Below are positions 1-13,172 of a DNA stretch of 64,000 nucleotides, in pieces. The stretch is from the NCBI GenBank assembly GCA_050575255.1, contig JBNZDD010013730.1, positions 5,820,015 through 5,884,014 on the forward strand, in the 5' to 3' direction. Position 1 is the stretch's first letter. The number at the start of each line of letters is the position of its first letter. Source of the DNA: Harriotta raleighana (lineage: Eukaryota). The position numbers and the translations under genes were made by a program. Under the pieces are notes generated by a model. The model did not search any database and was not told where the DNA came from. It saw nothing but the letters and a program-made list of their open reading frames with translations.

Positions 1-289
1 TGTTTCCACGAGAACGGTCTGTTGAAAAGAAAGACCAATAATTCTGAAGGTGAGTAATCTGCCTCTCCATTATTCATTACATTTCACAATATAATGGTTT
101 AGGAGCAGGCAGGGAAAAAAGCCCGCATGGAGCCCAAGGCGATAGTCAGCAATGTACTGCGATCCAGGCAATATTGGAAGGTGCATTGAAAGTGAGATGG
201 TTACCCAAATTTGAGCTTGTTTAGTGATTATGTGTCCTGGCCAACATCCCCTAAAATTAAGTCAGTAATTTTCTTCAAGGCTACTTGAG

Positions 290-402
290 GGACACTACTT
301 TGCACAAATTGGCTACCTGCGATTGCCTACAAAGTGCAGCCACTGTACTTCATGTCTTTGTTCCAATGCACTAGGTCCCGTATCAAATGAAAGGATTATT
401 AT
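290..402 (+). mobile_element. Decayed 3' fragment of the Deu/(ATT)n-tailed SINE family
   Basis: TTGCACAAATTGGCTACC motif and ATCAAATGAAAGGATTATTAT tail resemble the 3' end of the better-preserved copies at 14477 and 25075. Confidence 0.55.
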
Positions 403-2819
403 ACTTCCTTAATTACTTATTAGTGAACAGACTGTGTACCACAAGTTGCAGAGCATGAGTTTGTCTAATTTAGCCTATGATTACTGTCTAATATCAGTCA
501 AATGCCTGGGGATGTATTGAGTGAAGGTGACACAATTCTGTACCTCAAGCACTGAAGCAAACTTGCTTGTAGAGTTGACTGCAGTGATGAGGGAGCCTAA
601 AAATAAGCAAAATAGAAGAAATCCTTTTTTTGTGCTTAAAACACAGAACTGATAACAATCGAACACTAGAACAATAAAGAAAGTCAAACACAAGTTTGAA
701 TCAATCTGGAGTGCATTATGCAAAGTGCTTATTTCAATCAGAGATTTGACCTTGGTCAGCAATGCTATACATCGTGTATAACCAATTAAGGAAGTTGGCT
801 CATAATGTAATGCCAGAAAGTTAATGAGACTTTGGTAACCCTTATACTTGGGTGTAATTTATTCCTCAAACAAAGTGCTTACAAAGTAAACGGACTTGAA
901 TAAGAACGCTTGGGTCATAACAAGGCTATGTTTCATAAATGTAAAACCAGCTGTATTGTTGCATCTGTTTCCATTATGTTCTGTGGGACTATCAGCTTCA
1001 CATGCTCAAAATGTGACAAGGTCATACTGGTTAATGTGTACAAATTTGTAACGTCCTTTTTGGCCCAATGGGAAACAAAATTGATAAGGTTGTAGATTGC
1101 TTTAGGTCGCAAGTTCCTCGTGTCCTGGTGATGTAATCAATTTAGTTTTTAGGAACACTTGCTGATAAGCTGCAGTACTCACTGAGTACCAAAACTACTC
1201 TTTTTCCTTCACCGTGTCATGTACCAGGAAAACATCTGGACCTCAAAGCCCCAATCTTTATTTCCTCTCAGTCCTCTATTTTGCTTGCTTTAATAAGTAA
1301 CATTGTACCGTAGCTTCAGGATCTGCCTCGGCCCTTAATTGTTTTCTAAACAATATGGCATGGAACAGCTTTAAAAGATTACAGTTTGGAAATAACATGT
1401 GCTACGATTTCAATTTTCGACACAAAAGCTTCTGGTGTCTTGCACGTGACCCATCTTCCCATAAGGTAGAAGAATGTTGCCTGTAATCGTGTGATCATAA
1501 TGCCGCTCAGAAAGGCGAGCTTTGGATAAATTTTCTCTAAACCAGCTTTCAATCCTTTTCTTCAAATTGTGAACTATACACCGTTACGAAATCTCAACAT
1601 GGTTGCCCTCGTCTATTTGCCACAAAAGGAATATTTATTTCCAATACAAGCTAATAAAATTGACTCACTCTCAAACTGTGCACGTATGTCCCATTTATCA
1701 AATGCATGGACCACAGGATTAAAATTAAATGAGATTCATCTATTTACTTTGGATTAACAAGCACATTCTTCTGATGTACGTAAAACTATGCTCTTCAGAG
1801 TTTCCGCAACGTGCATCACTGGTCCTTTCAACACTGCGGTTGAAACTTACTACAGTATTATTATTTTTAGAATTCTTAAAATTGAGATTAACTGTCCTTT
1901 CAATTGGAACAACGGATATTTGTAGATCAGGGGGCGTCACATGGCAATCAGGACAAGTCACCAGGAATGATTGTCCTCGCTCAATAATACTGCCCCAGTT
2001 CACAAATATCTAGCTCAGCAAAGATTAGGAATCCAGCCTGGAAAGTTCGCATTCTAAACAGTTAAGCTACTCGCTGGTTAAACCTCTGAGAGCTTGAGGT
2101 TGAAATTGCTGGATTTGGTGTGGAGGCCTTGGTTAGTTTACCATCCCAAGCTCAAGGGTGTTGAGGCCAGTTGTTGAACTCTTATCACTGCTTTGGCTGA
2201 AAATAGCGACAATAGTAGAGACTATGTACTGAACCTGTGACTATCCTGCCCTAAAGAACAGCTTCGGATCATTTGATGAGTGTGTCCACAACGTTATCAA
2301 AATAATCTGTTCTAAAAAGAAAAGAAAATGATTCGCTTTTTTTTATTTTTTTTTACACACACAATAACAAAAAGCTATACTCCTTTAAGGCAGTAATACT
2401 ATCTCTGGGTTCCGCTGATATTTGTAAAGCACTCAGATTTCACGGTCGTGGTTCATGACAGTAGAAGCCCTCAATTAAATTCCAGCATTGTAAGTCATTG
2501 CTCACTATCTATTATCATCTTACATTTAATATAAGAATTTGAATTCCAATTTCACTGACCACAAGATCAATATTTCACACTTACCAGTGCCAGGAATAAT
2601 ACACGTGTGAGAAAATGAAATGAATCGTACTACAGCAGATTGGAATGACAGGCTCTTCCCAACTATTTCCAACCAGTGGTTCCGCTGGGAGCAAATGATT
2701 ATTATTTGGGTGCCCAAATTATTCTTATTTTAAAAAAATTTGAAGGGATTGTTACAAATAGAAAAGTGATCTGCCAATTGACTGATAACCGGATTCCTAC
2801 TTACTGCTAGGTAAACAGG

Positions 2820-2915
2820 AATGTGTGGAGGAAGGAAACTTGTCCAATGTTTCACCCTGCCCAGGAATCAAACCCAGATACTCTCGCTTGTGAATGCTCT
2901 AACCACGAGTTACAT
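2820..2915 (-). mobile_element. tRNA-derived SINE head fragment
   Basis: ATGTGTGGAGGAAGGAAACTTGTCCAATGTTTCACCCTGCCCAGGAATCAAACCCAGATACTCTCGC...GCTCTAACCAC aligns with the head of the copy at 25290-25393. Confidence 0.75.
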
Positions 2916-5900
2916 AATTCTATAGTCAGGGTCTTATTTATACCTTGCAAAAGTTAAAAGTAGCACAAGAGAGATAAAATTGTTGGAAACCAGCGAAGAA
3001 TACCTCCTGCTCAATGTCATTCTAAAATCTTAAATCATATTTCCTCTTGTCTTTCAGTTTGCTAAAAGAAATAACCTTTCCCTACTCCTGCATGCATAAT
3101 ATAGTGATGCGATTAAAGGTTATAGATTTTATGTATTGCTCTCTTCGTCCTTTTGAGTACATTTGTGTGGCTTTGAAGGTGACCAAATCTGAATGCAATG
3201 TGATTGATACATTATGCAGAGCAATTACACTATCCTTGGACTCAAACTCTGTGTTGTTGGCAAATGATATCAAGCATATTGTTAGAATCGTTAAACAAAA
3301 CACAATGCAACATAATGCATCTAAAGTGACAATGGGGGTCTAATTTGCAGAATTTCACAATATGGTGGGGAGTCGTCACAATATTTGCAATGATTTGCTG
3401 CCAAACGTGTTGTATAAACAGGGAACTCTGTCAGCATGCTTCATGCTGGAATCACACTTCTCAGAAGCACCTGAAGTGCTTTCAAGAAGGAGATACTGTA
3501 CAACAAATGCATAACAGAGAGACACAATTGAAGCAGGAACACAAACTCGGTCCTTCAATTGAATTTTCTTCTTGGTTTGCAATGTATAAAACACCAGCCT
3601 GTATTTTTGGCTGTTCTCAACTTCTGAATGCATTATTTCCTCTCACTTCCATACACCCACATATTTACATTAGAAATATAAAACAGTCACAGAGTTTGGT
3701 AGTGCAGTTGGTATTCAGTAAAAGCACTGTATTAGTGGAAATCCCAATCGATATACAAGTTTCTATGCAGTGGCTTAGTCCACAATTTAAATCTTATTTT
3801 CTCAGACACATCAGCTCAACTTGTTTTAAATCAATTTTCAAAAATGAAAAAAATTCTCCTTTCTTGAAATAAAGTCACTTAAAATGTCTTTGTCCTTGCC
3901 ATAAACACAGCTCCTTTTATCAAATCATTCTTATTTTGCAAATCCACATGCCTCAGAGAGGCTCCTACCGATGTGTACAATGGGATAAGGGAAAAGGTTA
4001 CCAGAAAGGGTCATTTGAGGCTAGATTTTTTTTTTTAAAAACTTGATGCAATAATGGGAAGATGAAAGGTTTGATATTCTGGGAAGATGAGAAAGAAAGG
4101 GCTGCTTGGACCTTTTTCATCCAAGCCATTTATGACCGGGACACGAATCAGCAGGAACCTAACTTTGAAATAAAACTTTGAAATTGTCCTAAAATGTTAG
4201 GAGAATCGTTTCATCCATCACAAGAACTGCAGAGGTTTCCTCGAAGTCCTGCCTGAGCCAACCAGATGAGGTCCACCCGGTTCACAGAGAAGTGTTCATT
4301 AAAGAGAAGCTTTTGGGGAAAAAAGAAAAGGTACAAAGAAAGCTCTATTCAGAGAACATAACTGCAGAGAGATAAAAGGGCCGAGTGCATTTTACTTAAA
4401 CCCGTACTATTCGATAATCTATTCTCTCCGTAGAACACTTGCAATGTTACATTAAATTCTCATGTCTTCAAATCTAAATTTAATTTCCTTTTATTCTGCA
4501 CACTCTTCCAACAGTTCATTATTTTTTTTTACTGATTTATTCATTAAACCTGGAAAGGTACAGCTGAACTGAGTTGGTCCAGACTCTTTCTATTCATCTC
4601 ATTCTTCCCTCATTGACTGCTGGCATCTGTCCCAGTTCTTGCCGCATCCCTTTCTCTAAAATGGCAACTCCTGTGCATCCTGCATTACATGCCCTTTGCC
4701 ATCACTGCTCCTCTTTAGTCTGAGCCAAGGCAAGAAGCCCAATGATGTTGGTCGATTTGGGGAGTAATAATAAAATAAGCTAGATCCAGGCATCCACGGT
4801 TATCATGTACCAGTGTTGTCGGGACATTAGGTGGTCAGTAGTCAAGCAGTGTTCCACTGATTTATTGAATAAGATAGAAGGTGACATTTATTTGTTCCTG
4901 CTGCTCAGTCTGTCTTCCGTCACTAACCTATTTGCTGTTCTACCACTACCACCATCACTTCACACAGGGACAGCTTTCTATATTTGCTCTTTTCCTTCGT
5001 TCTCTTATATATAAACATGAATAATATGAGGCTGCCAAGTTCAACATTGTGGGCAATATACCACCTGTTCTTATCACGTCAGATAGTATATTTTCAGGCA
5101 TCCCTTGTTTGAAAACACTGCATAGAAAATAGGGATCTGCAGATGTGAAACATTTAAATAAATAAACCTTACACTTGAACAATACCCTAGGTAAAATCAG
5201 TCATTGACTTCATAGCTGTTTGGGGAGTGAAGCACTTTGGGACGTTTCAATGCTGTGATAAGCCACTCTGCTAACCACAAGGATTCATTTCAAAATTAAT
5301 GTTCAGGTGATTTCTTGGCAACAGTTTTTGACAAAATGAAAGCAGTTGGGGAACAGGTTAAATATATGGAACTTGAGCATTCTTTGGGCAGTGAAGTGCT
5401 CAGTCTCCACATTTTTCTTTTGCTTCGGAGTCTCTTTGCCTTAGGGATGTGTGAGTTCATTGGCTTCCATCTTGAAAATTTTATTGAAGTTTCGAAAACC
5501 TATCTGCAGCCAAGTACCACTTGCTGAATAGAGCATTTTTTCATGCCTGCCTGTTCCACATTTGAAAATGCTTCCCTCCCTCTATTATTTTTGTTCACTT
5601 GAGAAAATCGCTGGAACATTCTATTTCAAACTTTTTCATCGCGTTTTTGAACATGGCAATGTATATATGCAGGGGATTGCAGGAACGACAGGAGAAATAC
5701 TCCATTATTCCCACACTAAATTGTATTACAGAACACACATGGGCTCTTCCGAGAATGAATTCAATTTGAAACAGTCCCGTTGGAAGAAATCAGAGGTCGA
5801 ATGGGGACAATTTCCATCTAGACTTAGATTCACGCTGTTTTCCTAGCATTTTTAATGAGCATAACTTGGAAAATTGTTGATTTGGGTTTGAATTATAAAA

Positions 5901-6030
5901 TCAGTTTTCTGCAGTTGTTTTTCTTAAAAGAACATACAGAAAAACAGCTTCAAAATTAAAACTGTGTGTAAGAATTTATTAATTTTGAACTAAGAGTAAA
6001 ATACAAATGTTAATAGCTTCAGGCTCCGCT

Positions 6031-6110
6031 TTTGTGAAGTGCTCGGGGGATGCCGCCGATCTGGAGGATGCTGTATACTGTAAATGCAAGTCATCGTGGT
6101 TGTTGTTGTT
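6031..6110 (+). mobile_element. L2-clade LINE (or L2-dependent SINE) 3' tail
   Basis: GAAGTGCTCGGGG...GGATGCTGTATACTGTAAATGCAAGT followed by (GTT)n; similar to the 3' end of the L2 at 49340. Confidence 0.7.
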
Positions 6111-8905
6111 TGCTTAAGCTGAGTAAATCCAGATCCCATGGAAATCTTTCTCCAGCAGAGTTCAGACCACGCACGTTTCTTCTTTTATTTTTCCTCTCAT
6201 TTACATTACTGGACAAAGTACTGCTTATTTTACAATGAATGAAATGTGGTGTGCAGTGTGTACCATAAGACAGAAAGGAGTTTACAATCCTCAATTACTT
6301 TGGAGTTGACATCATTGAATGATGAGGTTTTTCAAACCAAGGAAAAATAAAGTACACCCAGAAGCCGCTTAACCTCCAGTGCACGATTTAGGTGAACTGT
6401 ATTCATCATCAATTGAAGTTTGAGAACAGAAATCCCTTGTGAATTCCGATATGCAACATTGCATTAACCACATTATGGGAATTTTTTGTTGAAGGTAATC
6501 AAAAGAGATTGTAGAAGTATATGTACATTACCACAGTGTTATTTAACTCCTATAATTTATACACAGCACGTAGTCTTATGGTATGTTGTACATCAAACGC
6601 AGCTACTAACATTTGTATTTTACTCATAGTTCCACTTAAAGTATTGCTCTAATCATATTCAGATTTCTACTCATATTCTTTTAATTTTCTTTGCATCGAG
6701 TCCCAATTTTTGTTTGTTTTACTCTTTTCAGTGATACTGTGCATCTCAGTGATTGGAGCACTCCTAACCCATGAAGAATTATGGCAGTAGTTTTAGCATA
6801 TTGCATCTTTGTTTAGAAGCTTTCCATGCATTAAAAAAATACAGAGTAAAACACTGCAATTCCCTAGTATCGCTTTACTGATTCAGCAAAGACCTGAAGG
6901 AGTAGAATGTGAATACAATATAGAAGTTTTCCTGGCCGCAGTGCAATTCATCGATCTGTACAAATCCTTGCCTCCTGAGTGCATCCTCCTCACGAAAATA
7001 TGCTAGCAGTGAACTGGAAGGTGATGTTGGAAGAAATGCAGCTGATTGATTCAGACTGGATGACTTTCTAGCCTATGAACCCATTTCTTTTCGGATATTC
7101 TTCTGCTAAACGCGTTTCAAAATGTAACAGACAACCATATTTCATGTACTGTACTTTACTTTCCTGCAAATATTCACAATGCAAGCTTTCCACCTGTACC
7201 CAACACGTTTGTGAACAAATTGTGCCACTGACAGATGAGTAAAGGTTCTTTGACTCGAGAGTACTGCAGTTTGAATTTATTTTCCTTAAAATGATGTTGA
7301 CAGAATACTTTTAGCAGATACTTAGTGGGTGTAAGGAGTAAAGGAGAATACAGTGCTCTGTGATTTCTTCCCACCCAGCACCAGATGGAATCCAGCTGTT
7401 ACAGTAAGGCATTCAAGTGTCTTGGTATTTGAACTTCTACACTTGTAAAAGGCTTTCTGTACACGATAATTATTTGGGAATGTTTGCGCACTTCTCAGTC
7501 GCAGTGATACTGAGATTAGCTGTGCCCAGCTACCATTTGTGTTAATGACTATTCGAATAACACAAAATCTGGATCATCACAGGTCACGGGAAATGATAAA
7601 CTAACAATTGACCATCACATAATCACAACACTCGATTCTGTGTAAGTGACTGCACTGATAATTAAATCTGAGGAGATCAGTCTTTTAAATATTCACTGCA
7701 TAACACTGTGGAGAAGGGTGAGTACCAACTCACACTAACACCCCAAGATAAGGATGATGTTAAAGGAGTTGAATCCCTGTCATTGAATAGGGTGCTAAAA
7801 AAATTTGAACATGAAAAATGAATTTTCAAAAGGCTTATTATTAAACAGAACGGAATAGCAAATGCAGGTTCATGAAATCCATGCCCCGATTTTTGCTCTC
7901 AGTTGTGTGAAAAATATAATTGGTTATTGCCTTATACCTATCCGATTCTTTTTGCTTTGAGACGTCCCCCCAATGTCAAAGGCACTATGTCATAGTAAAT
8001 TGTAAATTCTATTGTATAGATCCCCAAAGAGATGTTCAGTGGCAGGGCTGCCACTGGTGACTTGTTTCTGTGGGAGAGGATGCAAAATAAAATTTAGAAA
8101 TTCACCAAACAGGATTTCAAAAAGAGTAACAGATGCTTAGAGCTGAACAGAAAGAACTTTCGAAAGAAAAGACAATCACATCTATAGAGCAGAGCCAAGT
8201 GCTGACTAAGCGATCTTGGGTCGGTTGGGAGCTGAAGCTTTCAAAGACCTAATTGCATCACTGCACGCGATCTTTTAATATTAGACTTACATTTTAGCCA
8301 AAGAAGCAATAAATAATATCACAGACTATTATGTATTAATGCTGAAAGCCTGTTAGAGATGGACCAAAAACCCAAAGCTGATAAAAATATATGTCAACAT
8401 TTAATGTTACACCTGATGGAGTTTTTTTGTGTTAGCAAATCCAACGGTATCCTAATGAGGTGTATTTAAGGTTATCCCAATGCACCCTACTCAAAGTTAC
8501 CTTGTTGCAGTGTAAAATGTAATCGAGCGAGCAGAATCGTTATCCATTACTCCAAACTACAATTCTATCCCTCCTTCTCAGGGTGGTATCAATATAAAAG
8601 CATAGGAGAGAACAGTCATGATGAAAGCCATTGAGGAAAAGCAGGTTTGCTTGGTGTTAAATGTTTGGGACCACAGTACAGTATGTGCCAAAGCAAACAG
8701 ACCATCGCATCCTATTTACTGATGTTGCCCAAATTTCAGATCATGAGAGCCTTGGTGTTTCAAAAGCCATTCCATACCATCAGAAAACAAATATAAGACC
8801 AACCTATAACAATCCTGAGAACCTTCCTCATGACACATCAGGTGACAGTCAGACCACTTTACTCAGTCTTGGGTCTTAATACATAGAGACATCTGTACAC
8901 ACAGA

Positions 8906-9222
8906 ATTCAACATCATTACAATCTCCCTTCCTTATATAAGAATAGAAGTCTATTTTATCTACACAGATAGTACATACAGTATACAGTATATGAATCCTA
9001 CCGATTGATTTGAGCAGTGTAAATGGAATATCAAAATTCAGCTAATTTCATTTGAACAAGGGCTTACAGTATTCAACATCATTACAACCTCCCTTCCTTA
9101 TATAAGAGAATAGAAGTGTATTTTATCTATGTACATAGTACATATATATATATGAATCCTATCGATTGACTTGAGCAGTGTAAATGGAATATTAAAATGT
9201 AGCTAATTTCATTTGAACAAGG
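8906..9222. repeat. Diverged tandem duplication, 165-bp period
   Basis: ATTCAACATCATTACAA...CATTTGAACAAGG occurs at 8906-9061 and 9071-9222 with substitutions and small indels, and no N gap between copies. Confidence 0.95.
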
Positions 9223-10834
9223 TCTTCCAGATGCAAACATTTCATAATGTAATATCTGTGAACTATTATTCCCAGATAAACACTTTTTAAAATATTCCTA
9301 ATGCCCACATTTAAATCATCTCTGCAGTCTGAAATATATGACAACAAAACAATTACACAAAGATGTATTTTAAGAATGACACACCCATTTAGATTTTTGA
9401 TATAGTTCACAATCTCTCTCCAATCTCTATTTCACTGAGGTCACCTTAACCCAGAAAAATGTTACCATCAAGATCATGAGTAAAGATCCAGGGTACAACT
9501 TTCTTACATTTCCTGTAACTAAATAGCATCAGCACTATTATGAATGATGCTAACACAAGTTAGCAACATGCAAACCATTGTGTTTAATCCCGTTATTGGT
9601 GGTGTTAAAGAGCTCCTGTGACTATCAACACGAGTAGGGGTAAATAAATTATTATGAGTGCAACTGTAATACAGTAACTGGCATCAATGTTTTTGCTGTT
9701 GTGGTGTCAAAACTGTTTTGTAGACATTTCAACAGAATAGACTACATTCCAAAAGGCCTGCTTGCACTAGGTTTCACACATTCTTATCTGCAGGATGAAC
9801 ATGCCAGAAGAACATTAGATTAGAATTTTAAAACTGATCAGGCAGTACAAAAATACAAGTTCATATGACCAAATGAGACGCTTTTGTAGCACACTGCTGC
9901 AGAAAAACAAAACAGCAGATGAGGCAAAAGAGTTTCATCGCCATTATCCAACACCCATAAGAGCTCATTTCTGTGAATGCAACAATTTAGCCACGAATTG
10001 TTCGAGAGATGGTGAGGTCCCAATGAGCAATGTTACAGATCTTATGCATCATTGATGCTGCTTTGTTGTGGAATAATTTCACACAAAAATAAAAATAGGT
10101 GTACTTTTATCAGCCCATTAGGTTCAATTTGATATTACATTTGGCAGCTTTGGAATAAATGGAAGAAAACTTAATTTATATGAGTTTTAATTTAAAGTAT
10201 TCTCCATTTTCATAGAAACTTATTGTCCCAAATAAAATATATTATTAATCGTCACATAAACCTGGCTGTGGAATTGTATTTCTTATGCACTTTTCTCAGT
10301 CTGATAATAAAATACGGATTACAGCAAGTCCCTGGAATGTCTCATCCGTTTACTTTTCCAAGTTTCCTATAAAATTTGATTAGTACATCTGAAAAAACAG
10401 AGGCCGTCTTGTGTTGTCATGCTTTGTTGTGTTGTTTCAGCAGTCAACCAGCAGAAACAGCCCCATCACAAATGAACTCTCCCAAATCCTGCTTTTACAA
10501 TTCACTCACATTCATTTATGCTCTTTTCAAACTGAATCCAAGCGATAAAAGTGGTCTTGGAATCAAATCATCACCAACATCTTGAAACTGAAGCAAAATG
10601 GATTTTTACTGCCGACATACTTTAAATGTTTTAAACCGTCCTTAAGCTTTTGAAATGTTTGCAGAATTTGGTTTCATTGTTTAACATTAAAAGAAAGTTT
10701 TTTTAAAAAAAACAATTTTGCACACACTCTTATCGTGACTGTACAGTACTTTTGTCAACCATAGCAGAGTTATTTCAGAATGAGTAACATATATCCAGAT
10801 TCTTAGTCCGAACTGCTCTAACGCAGGAAGGGAT

Positions 10835-11090
10835 ATTGGGTGGCACAGACAGATGGCAGACACCATTCAACAAAGCGAGTGTGAGGTAGTTCACTTTGGC
10901 TATAAGAACAGCAGATGGAGATACATTCCAAATGGGTGGCATTGGAAAGAGCAGATGAGCTCAATGATTTCGAGATTCAGGTGCGCAAGTCATTTTACGA
11001 CACAGAAAGCAAACAGAAAGGCTAATGGGACAACTTGCTTGCTCAAAAGAGGTACAGTATAATAGAGTATAAAACAAGACAAGCACTGGA
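10835..11090 (+). mobile_element. CR1 LINE ORF2 fragment (degenerate)
   Basis: GACAGATGGCAG...TTCAAC...GAGTGTGAGGTAGTTCACTTTGG resembles the CR1 motif W-Q-M-x-F-N-x-x-K-C-E-V-x-H-F-G; ORF track shows CEVVHFG and KANRKANG. Confidence 0.75.
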
Positions 11091-11550
11091 GTGGGGGGGA
11101 GCTGAAGTTACAGAACAGTCATTGATAGCTAGACCTCCTCTGCGGTGTTGGTTTCTGTTGGTAGTGGGACTGTCCAATGTGAAATTAAGTTCCTAGGTTC
11201 CATCTACTCCTAATTAGCTCCTCTCAACGGAGGGAGGATTGGACACTGCAATTGGTCTCCATGCTCCAAATTTGTTACCCAGGCACAGAAACAAATTGCT
11301 GGTTTGGTGAGATACCAGAAGGCCCACGTAGCCAACCCCACTTTGAATAAGCAATGTTTGCAGAACAGAGAGAAGGGGAGAATTTAACAGAATTGCAGGT
11401 GCATTTGGTCAGATTGCTATTTTCTTTGTGTATTCAGCACAGAGGAGTTACTCACCACACATTACCATATCTCGAGGTTTCACACCCTTCCAGTATTGGC
11501 AGCCGCAAAGCTTTGACACCAGACAAAGAAATTATTTTGAATTCTCGATT

Positions 11551-11644
11551 TTCTCTCTCTCTCTCTCTCCCCCTTTAGTATTTTCTTCTGCTCCTCGTTT
11601 GCCAGCCTTCCTTCTTTCTCTGCCTCTCTCTCTCTCTCTCTCTC
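11551..11644. repeat. Two (CT)n microsatellites in a pyrimidine-rich tract
   Basis: Direct inspection. Confidence 0.9.
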
Positions 11645-13152
11645 GAGTCGTGAACTGAGCCCCAATCAAAAGGAGAAACACTTCAATCCGGAATTAACAA
11701 CCCCACACCTTGAGGTGCAAAACACATCGCCAAAAAAGATTTGATAATCAAGTCAATGTTTCCTTTTTTTAAAAAAAAAATTACCTTATTTTGAATTTAC
11801 AGGATTTATTTTGAACCTAGGATTTATTTTGAAACTAGGATTGCTGCAATGCACGGNTTTTTAAAAAAAAAATTACCTTATTTTGAATTTACAGGATTTA
11901 TTTTGAAACTAGGATTGCTGCAATGCACGGAGGGGAAATCGGTTTACAGAATAGTTAAGGTTTTAGTTGGCCTTCATATAGCCACCTGCTTAATGTAACA
12001 CTAGGTATATGCTTGACTGACATATTGTAAGATTGCCAAAAGACATGTAGAAAGATAAAAAGAAGCAACCAGATGGTTACCGACAGACCTTTTTTATTAC
12101 AATAAATGAAGAACTGTATTATTTTAAACAATCTATCTGGCTGGAGATTTCCCTCCAACAAATATGATGTAAAACCAAGTAGATTCAACAACATATTTGG
12201 CTGTAACAAAGAACTGGATCATTCAGAGGAAAATTTCTGGGCTTCCCCATCGCCTAATCTGTAGAGGCAAACTTGGTGTAAATAGCACGAAGCCAGACAG
12301 TGCAGTGTATGTATTCAAATCCCAATCTGCACAGAATTTAGCTGAGTTTACGGCCACTCGCTTCATGGCTGAAGGGAGGGGAAAATCAAACTGTGTTACT
12401 ATTCCTCATCAGAAACTCGTGAAAGGCACGATACGAATGTAATTTTGTTGTTGTTGTTCTGATGCCCCCTGGTAGAAAGTGTGCTCTTGTTAGCAAAGTG
12501 TGTGAATCTGTTGACTTCCGTACTAGCATTTCACCGTATAAACTTATATATGAAGCACAGTACAAACATGTGGACGAGACACCGGATGTTAGGCTGTTTC
12601 TGTGAAACCACAACTCAAGAGTCAGTATCCTCAGGGAAGGAAAGAAGAAAATTGGTACCTTTCAAATATAGTTCAGCTAATATATCTCAGAACAACTTGA
12701 CCCCAATACCTTTAGCATATAAGCGAATATGAATTTTAAACAGGTATAAAAGGAGAGCTAATGGATATTGGTGACACTGTAGGAGTTTTCTATCTCTCAT
12801 GCCATTATTTTGTTCCGGTTTCTATCGGTATAAATTATGGGAGAGTAGAGAGCGAACATGTTGCCCATCAATCTGTGAAGCTCAGCTGAGGATATAAATT
12901 TGAAAGAACTCTGGATTTTCGTGTGAGACGACATGACTCATTGATTTCAGCTCACTTTAAAAGCAAATTATTTTAGTCTTATTAGACCAAAGACTATTGT
13001 ATTCCTTCATCACTAAACAAAATGTAATTGGAATTCATTCGATCAGAACATCTTACTACATATAAAACTAAGTAGGTTTGATTTTTCCCAAGTATATTCA
13101 TTCTGCGCTGCTGTTTACCAGATTCTGTGTCATCCTCCTAACTGTTTTTTAA

Positions 13153-13172
13153 ACACACACACACACACACAC
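13153..13172. repeat. (CA)n microsatellite
   Basis: Direct inspection. Confidence 0.9.

Noticed and set aside
3345-3872. 175-aa ORF
   Set aside because: No recognisable homology, non-ATG start, composition like random AT-rich sequence
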